Source of the DNA: Oligoflexales bacterium | Lineage (GTDB): Bacteria > Bdellovibrionota_B > Oligoflexia > Oligoflexales > CAIYRB01 | Direction of reading: 5' to 3' | Length of the DNA: 13,006 nt | Assembly (NCBI GenBank): GCA_041736175.1 | Contig: JBGSUI010000062.1 | Coordinates: 1 to 13,006, forward strand | Shown: in pieces, positions 8,352-13,006 of the stretch | Layout of the letters: every line of letters starts with the position of its first letter | How positions within the stretch are numbered: position 1 is the stretch's first letter | The notes under the pieces: generated by a model | The model's input: the letters and a program-made list of their open reading frames with translations, nothing else | What the model was told of the DNA's origin: nothing | Databases searched by the model: none | Position numbers and translations under genes: made by a program

Positions 8352-8627
8352 GATGTTTGCCCAGAATTTTGTCTTGGAAGATGTAAGTCTAAGCTTTTTT
8401 GGGATCTCAAATACAATTGGAAAGCCATTGATTTAAAGGAAGATAATATATTGGTTACCTTTGTGAATGGTAGGCCAAAACTAACGATAGTGGATGGAGG
8501 CGCTTTCCAAAGCCAGATGCCTAATGCTCTCGCTGCAAAAAGGGATTTTATTCTAAGTTGCAAGCCCATTGAATGGTGTAAAAAGTTTTTGGAAAGAGAT
8601 GATTGGCTAGGTATCCCGGCACATTAG
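8352..8627 (+). pseudogene. 5'-truncated remnant of a protein kinase-like gene
   Basis: Stop-free frame 8337-8627 with no start codon upstream of the motifs. It reads ..WKAIDLKEDNILVTFVNGRPKLTIVDGGAF.., resembling kinase subdomains VIb (DLKxxNIL) and VII (DFG). It begins at the duplication boundary. Confidence 0.5.
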
Positions 8628-8718
8628 TTGATATGACAGGTCATGTACATACACCATTTTTTTGCTGATCCCAGCAGCATCGGGGATTTTGACCTCAGGT
8701 GTGAGAAACAGGACAACT

Positions 8719-8757
8719 TGCCGATCAAGGTCCTCGCGGGACTGTCGGGCATGACGG
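8719..8757. repeat. GC-rich REP-like stem-loop between convergent reading frames
   Basis: Nested palindrome CCGA..GTCC-TCGCG-GGAC..TCGG. The minus strand reads CCGTCATGCCCGAC..CTTGATCGGCA. Confidence 0.35.
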
Positions 8758-8785
8758 AAAAATCGTACCTTCAAAGCCTATTCCA

Positions 8786-10036
8786 TCACAGATTCGGAGC
8801 GAGACCTACTGAGCAGGAACCATCATGAATCTCTAAGATTTTATTTCCCTCCATCCTTGTTACGATATCTGAGTTTAGATCTCTCATAGTGGGCAAATTC
8901 TTCAAGACAAAATTCGCAATACCATTTTGATAGTCTTCGCCTGGCGAAAATATGTAATATCGAAACAAGGGTGCACCCCTAGGTGGACCTTTAGGGCTAG
9001 GGCGAGTGAGTCGATGGATACCTGAGACAACATGGCTCAAAACCACATAGCTATCTTTAAATTTCTCGATTGTGGGTAGCAATCGATCTTTCCAGTTTAC
9101 ATAGATATGAATATTGCTAAAGTCCACTGACAGAGTCTCTATGGATCTTTTTTTAAGAATTGAAATAAGCTGATCAACCTCCCCAATATTAGTAAAGTCA
9201 ATCGCATAAATAGCAATTCGTCCCGATTGCTGCTTCTCTTTTAGTTTTAAAAATCTGTCGTTATTCCAGACGTAGTCTTGGTCCAGCGGAATTCGATTTG
9301 TATTGGAATCTAAATTAAAATTTTCTTTTATAAAATCGATTCGTTCCAGTGGCGGCGACGATAGCATTAGATTAAAATTAAGATAGCCAAAAGATGTGAA
9401 TGATCTAGAAAGTTGAGATCGGTTCCAGAAACTAAACGCAGATATTTGGTCCAAGTTGGGGCCTAAGTTCACTTTAAACTTAGTCCAAACGCTCAGTTCC
9501 CGAGCAAAACGAAGCTGTCGGTAGGTCTCAATATCACTTGCAGCATTAAGGAGAGCAAGATTGATAAAATTATAGAGTCGAACAAACTTATCTGAATCAG
9601 CTAGAATGAGATAAGGACCAGAAGCAGTCAAAAGTCCCCGTTCGGTTCCTACGGCGATTTGGACTCCTCGGGCTGATTTTTTGCTTTTAATAATATTGCC
9701 TAATGTTTTATTTAAAGACTCGGTATCCAGCTCAGTGGCGAAATAGTAAGATACCTGATCCGCGATAATGTGATTGTTGATTTCTTGGGCATCTGGAAGT
9801 TGGGGGCGATCTAATTCAGCAAGGAAATCATTTAAAGGAGCACACTCATGCGTGGTCTTAGGGCAGACGTTCCCCATCGTTTGCGAAATGTTGAAATCTT
9901 TATTCCCTAGGGGTTTGAAAATTTTACAGTTGGTTAAAAAGCTAACCAAAAGGCTCAAAACCCAAAAAGCCCCCCTAAGTCGCTCATTTCCTAAGAAACC
10001 CAGGGTGTTAAACACTTTAAATTTATATAGAGCCAT
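8786..10036 (-). CDS. Hypothetical protein, probably exported or a lipoprotein
   Basis: Long AT-rich ORF. GGAG lies 7 nt before ATG 10036. N-terminal hydrophobic stretch ends in a non-canonical lipobox-like LTNC. No catalytic motif recognised. Confidence 0.75.
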   Translation of the reverse strand: MALYKFKVFNTLGFLGNERLRGAFWVLSLLVSFLTNCKIFKPLGNKDFNISQTMGNVCPKTTHECAPLNDFLAELDRPQLPDAQEINNHIIADQVSYYFATELDTESLNKTLGNIIKSKKSARGVQIAVGTERGLLTASGPYLILADSDKFVRLYNFINLALLNAASDIETYRQLRFARELSVWTKFKVNLGPNLDQISAFSFWNRSQLSRSFTSFGYLNFNLMLSSPPLERIDFIKENFNLDSNTNRIPLDQDYVWNNDRFLKLKEKQQSGRIAIYAIDFTNIGEVDQLISILKKRSIETLSVDFSNIHIYVNWKDRLLPTIEKFKDSYVVLSHVVSGIHRLTRPSPKGPPRGAPLFRYYIFSPGEDYQNGIANFVLKNLPTMRDLNSDIVTRMEGNKILEIHDGSCSVGLAPNL

Positions 10037-10074
10037 GATCATACTCCGTTCAAAAGCGGTTGGTATGACCCTTA

Positions 10075-10090
10075 TGCAAAAGATGTACCT
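10075..10090 (-). promoter_or_regulatory. Putative sigma54 (-24/-12) promoter of the hypothetical gene
   Basis: AGGTACATCTTTTGCA has exact GG-N10-GC spacing, resembles TGGCAC-N5-TTGCW and lies ~40 bp upstream of the start in the correct orientation. Confidence 0.6.
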
Positions 10091-10156
10091 GCTGCCACCA
10101 GAATTTCACGATCCAAGAGGATATCATCTCCTTCCCGATCTATGCCGAAGGTCTCG

Positions 10157-10939
10157 TTAGAAACCTTTTGATGCATTCGAATAAGTTGGTTTACCGACAG
10201 AAGAAGGGGCATAGGACTCCATGGTTTTGAGAACCATCACGGTCAAAATGCCTTCGGCCACTGCTAAGGGAACCTGGGTCACGGCAAAGATACCCAGAAA
10301 TTTAATCAAAGAACTCCAAGTCCCCGCGAGCGTTCCAAGAGTCGCTACACTTAAGGGATCGGGAAACGCCCAGGCAAGCTGGAGGGACGTCACACAGTAG
10401 GTGGCCAAATCCCCCAGAGAAGCCGCTAAGAATACCGCCAGCCACCGGGGAGCCCGAAGACCTAAAATCCCCCGGTAAATCCCGTAGGCCACAAAGGGCC
10501 CGACCACGCCCATGGAAAAAGTATTGGCCCCCAAGGTCGACAGTCCACCATGGGCCAAAAGCAAGGCTTGAAACACCAACACCACGAGCCCTACCACTGA
10601 CATCGTCCAGGGGCCAAACAGGATCGTCCCCAGCCCTAGTCCCGTCGGGTGGGAGCAGCTCCCTGTGACTGACGGCAGCTTGAGAGCAGAGAGTACAAAG
10701 GTAAAGGCAGCTGCCATGACAAGCAGCATCTTTCGGCGGCTATCGGCTTCGAGATCTTGTTTGAGTCGTCTGATCCCCACCCCGATCACCGGGAGCATCA
10801 GGAGCCACCAACCGGCGGCGTGGGTGGCAGGTAGAAAGCCTTCCATAATATGCATGGCCTGGGCTTCTTGGGCCGACAAGGCCAAGGATGTCATCAAAAC
10901 ACCGATGGTCCTCATCAAGGAGACCTTCTTGCTCGTCAT
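10157..10939 (-). CDS. cbiM: Cobalt ECF transporter S component CbiM, full length, with signal peptide
   Basis: Signal peptide ends AQA before mature MHIMEGFLP. Motifs SALKLPSVTGSCSHPTG, FQALLLAHGGLSTLGAN, TSLQLA and TQVPLAVAEG. GGGGTG RBS lies 6 nt before ATG 10939. Confidence 0.97.
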   Translation of the reverse strand: MTSKKVSLMRTIGVLMTSLALSAQEAQAMHIMEGFLPATHAAGWWLLMLPVIGVGIRRLKQDLEADSRRKMLLVMAAAFTFVLSALKLPSVTGSCSHPTGLGLGTILFGPWTMSVVGLVVLVFQALLLAHGGLSTLGANTFSMGVVGPFVAYGIYRGILGLRAPRWLAVFLAASLGDLATYCVTSLQLAWAFPDPLSVATLGTLAGTWSSLIKFLGIFAVTQVPLAVAEGILTVMVLKTMESYAPSSVGKPTYSNASKGF

Positions 10940-11037
10940 CACTAACACCCCACTGCAATATTCTATCTTTCAACGCTCGACTGCAAAACCAACCTAAAAG
11001 GCGGCCAAACCTAGCTTTAATAACAGGGGACGTCAAG
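10619..11037. repeat. Direct repeat copy 2 (cbi promoter + 5' cbiM)
   Basis: Aligns with 7933-8350. Confidence 0.97.
11008..11036 (-). promoter_or_regulatory. sigma70-type promoter of full-length cbiM (TTGACG-N17-TAGGTT)
   Basis: Identical to the promoter at 8321-8349. Confidence 0.75.
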
Positions 11038-11049
11038 GTATTTAGATGA

Positions 11050-12594
11050 TCAGAGGAAGTCATTAATTGTTATAATCGTTACTTGATCAAGTCTGGATTT
11101 TTTATCCATCTGTCCTGTCAACTCGTAGCTGACGACTAAAAAATTGTGTCGCGTGTAACCGGCATAGCGTTGTGGTAAGATTTTGCTTTTCACATCGTCC
11201 AAGTCCTGAGTCTCTCCGACACCTTTCCACTTGCACTCAATAACCCGTACACTCTTTTCGCCCTCATGAACAATGACCACATCGATTTGTGACTGTATCG
11301 CCCCGCTAGATTCACAGCGGACCAGGAGGTTCCATTCGACATCGTAGTTGTTATCAGGGAGATCAAGTTTTTTCTTCAGATTCTGCATGGGTTCGTCCGC
11401 CCCTTCCTTTAGGGAGATTTCCTTTCTTCGCAGTGCCACATCGATGTGAAAAAGGACCAACCGCTCAAATGCCTTGCCTGTGAAAGCAGGGATATATGCC
11501 CGATCACTCCCCTGGAGAACCCTAAGGGGGAAAATCAAGTCGCTCTCATTCTGCTCGATGTCCCGCTGCAAAGGTCGAAGGACTGCAAAGTAAAAGTTTA
11601 GGAAGAAGTCGGTCAGAACATAGCGTGAACCACGTGAATTTTTGGGGTCTACGGCCTTGTCAATACGGTGTAACGGACATTGCCTGACGTAGCTGTACTT
11701 AAGCAATTTTTCTAGAAACCGATCGATCGTTGCTACGTCTAGCTGCAGACCATTGGCGATTTCTGTTTGAGTGACGCCTTCCTCGACAGCCATCAATATT
11801 GGAAATATTCTCTCCAGTCTCTTTACGGCATCGGTACGAAATTCTGTACTGAGAATCTCGCTCCATTCTTGAAGAAAAATCGTTGTGTTTTTACAAAAGG
11901 CATCGTTCATTGCTCTGCGGAAGCCTTTTTCCGCCGCTACCTGTTTCCAGTAATGGGGAATTCCACCTAAGCACATATAAGCAAGTGCCGCCTCTTTCGG
12001 TGTCCAGTGTGGAACGATATGGTGCTTAATCGTAGCAAGCGAGAAAGGAAGGATAGAGATATCCCCATGGGTTTGGATACCGCGTAAAACGGATTCGTCT
12101 CCAACCTGCTCGGTAAAGAACCGTGCTGATGAACCGCTTGCAATCACTCGAATCCAGCCACCCTTCGCCCATTCATCCCACGCGGCTTTTAGTAGGCCAG
12201 CGCTATCTTCGAAGCTTGTGGATAGCCACTGTATCTCATCAATGATAAAGACATAGGGCTTGCCGGTGGTCCTAAACGAGGCTTCCGCATGTCCAGCGAC
12301 ATCGTTGAAAAACATCGGCCACGTCAGATCCATCGTTCGGATCTTTGTGAGATGGCTTCGACCGGTCCGTTGAGCCCATGCTACAATCACCTCGCGCAGA
12401 AATGTATAATCTCGCGTATGTTTTCTGCAGAGAAGTCGAAACGAGTCGTCGGGACCAAGGTTTTTCTCAAGCTCCTGGAGGATCCAGGTCTTGCCAACGC
12501 GACGACGCCCTTTCAGAAATACAAATCCACCATCTAAACCGTGGCAAAATCTTAATAATTTTTCAAGAGATAGCGTTCTTGGGATATTTTTCAT
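11050..12594 (-). CDS. AAA+ ATPase (archaeal ATPase/ATPase_2-like) with winged helix and C-terminal PD-(D/E)XK nuclease-like (DUF234-like) domain
   Basis: Walker A GRRRVGKT, Walker B FIIDE, SGS and GGIPHY. HTH-like TQTEIANGLQLDVATIDRFLEKL and DFFLNFYF. Nuclease motifs GKAFE..QIDVV..IECKW. Confidence 0.88.
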   Translation of the reverse strand: MKNIPRTLSLEKLLRFCHGLDGGFVFLKGRRRVGKTWILQELEKNLGPDDSFRLLCRKHTRDYTFLREVIVAWAQRTGRSHLTKIRTMDLTWPMFFNDVAGHAEASFRTTGKPYVFIIDEIQWLSTSFEDSAGLLKAAWDEWAKGGWIRVIASGSSARFFTEQVGDESVLRGIQTHGDISILPFSLATIKHHIVPHWTPKEAALAYMCLGGIPHYWKQVAAEKGFRRAMNDAFCKNTTIFLQEWSEILSTEFRTDAVKRLERIFPILMAVEEGVTQTEIANGLQLDVATIDRFLEKLLKYSYVRQCPLHRIDKAVDPKNSRGSRYVLTDFFLNFYFAVLRPLQRDIEQNESDLIFPLRVLQGSDRAYIPAFTGKAFERLVLFHIDVALRRKEISLKEGADEPMQNLKKKLDLPDNNYDVEWNLLVRCESSGAIQSQIDVVIVHEGEKSVRVIECKWKGVGETQDLDDVKSKILPQRYAGYTRHNFLVVSYELTGQMDKKSRLDQVTIITINDFL

Positions 12595-12611
12595 AGCTTG
12601 TGAAGCATAAC

Positions 12612-12762
12612 ACTTGCACTTTATTGCATCAACACAAAAGTGAAAGTTTTAACTAGCCGTATATTTTGTTAATTTTTTTACCTGTTGGATAGGGAATAAA
12701 TTATACCGTAAATACATGGTATTAAAACTTTCACTTTTGTGTATCAGCACATAAGTGCAAGT
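12612..12762. repeat. 41-bp inverted repeat (12612-12652 / 12722-12762), each arm an internal palindrome; putative double operator or recombination sites
   Basis: Both arms read ACTTGCACTT-N10-ACACAAAAGTGAAAGTTTTAA (34/41 identical, inner 21 bp perfect), separated by a 69-bp spacer. Confidence 0.93.
12700..12705 (-). promoter_or_regulatory. Putative -10 box for the ATPase-nuclease gene
   Basis: Perfect TATAAT on the minus strand between the IR arms. The -35 position falls in the distal arm and is weak. Confidence 0.5.
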
Positions 12763-12805
12763 TGTAGCCGCAAATGCCGTTCAGTCCTCCGACGAGCGTG
12801 CCCTA

Positions 12806-13006
12806 TACGGCTGTATCATCTTTAAGTGAACTACCAGCACCCCTAAAGGGGTGCGGCCTCCAAGGTCAAGCAGCTTTCGCTGCTTTCCTTTTCTTTTTTG
12901 ACGCTTCTACCACAGATGCGCAGGTCGCTATCGCTTCCTGCGGCTTATGTTTGGCTCCACGTCCAATACTCTAAGCTTTTCTCTTAGAGCAACACGGTTC
13001 CCGTGT
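12806..13006 (-). ncRNA. Putative TnpB omegaRNA/reRNA scaffold plus 3' guide
   Basis: Several hairpins (CTCTAAG/CTTAGAG, CGCAGG/CCTGCG, AAGCAGC-GAAA-GCTGCTT, terminal hairpin) and a GGACGTGGAG..GAAGCGTCAA pair. The guide would be the flank TTAAAGATGATACAGCCGTA. The 5' end is undefined. Confidence 0.65.
12826..13006 (-). mobile_element. Right end of an IS200/IS605-family element (continues beyond the window)
   Basis: The minus strand ends ..GCACCCC-TTTA-GGGGTGC-TGGTAGTTCAC, i.e. a subterminal hairpin (12837-12854) plus TCAC terminus typical of TnpA(Y1)-processed right ends. Confidence 0.85.

Noticed and set aside
8572..8676. 9-bp inverted repeat AATGGTGTA/TACACCATT and TGCTG-ATCC-CAGCA hairpin as a terminator
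   Set aside because: Short enough to be chance, and the T-tract is on the wrong side for intrinsic termination on either strand.
8330..8828. ORFs 8330-8569 (-) and 8643-8828 (+)
   Set aside because: The first is antisense to the kinase-like frame and runs into the promoter. The second is short, motif-less and overlaps the hypothetical gene.
12655..12812. Predicted omegaRNA guide region shares AGCCGTATA with 12655-12663 (self-targeting of the ATPase promoter)
   Set aside because: Only 9 nt, in the distal part rather than the seed, and with no adjacent TAM evidence.
9774..12974. ORFs 9774-10160, 10665-10997, 10740-11063, 11767-11970, 12289-12537, 12378-12596 and 12774-12974
   Set aside because: Antisense or alternate-frame overlaps of real genes or of the IS end. 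Similarity of 10665-10997 to 7994-8311 only reflects the duplication.
1..13006. CRISPR array, tRNA or rRNA
   Set aside because: No regularly spaced repeat-spacer units or structural RNA gene signatures were seen.

Overview
Bacterial accessory-type region, almost all genes on the minus strand. Left to right it holds: (1) a degenerate BLUF-domain protein translationally coupled to a 1451-aa CheB-CheR-PAS-histidine kinase-receiver fusion; (2) a divergent DUF1778(RHH)/GNAT type II toxin-antitoxin pair; (3) a cobalt ECF transporter (cbiM-N-Q-O) split into two units by a ~418-bp duplication of the sigma70 promoter plus 5' cbiM. One copy is a full-length cbiM. The other is an in-frame, internally deleted mini-cbiM that keeps all three metal ligands and heads cbiNQO. 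(4) Between the copies lie a 5'-truncated kinase-like reading frame missed by the ORF track, a REP-like hairpin and an AT-rich putative exported protein with a sigma54-type promoter. (5) An AAA+ ATPase-wHTH-PD-(D/E)XK nuclease gene is preceded by two palindromic sites (ACTTKCACTT-N16-AAGTGMAAGT) 115 bp apart that flank a perfect -10 box. (6) The window ends in the right end of an IS200/IS605 element with a TnpB omegaRNA-like scaffold. All calls come from manual motif reading; no database searches were run.
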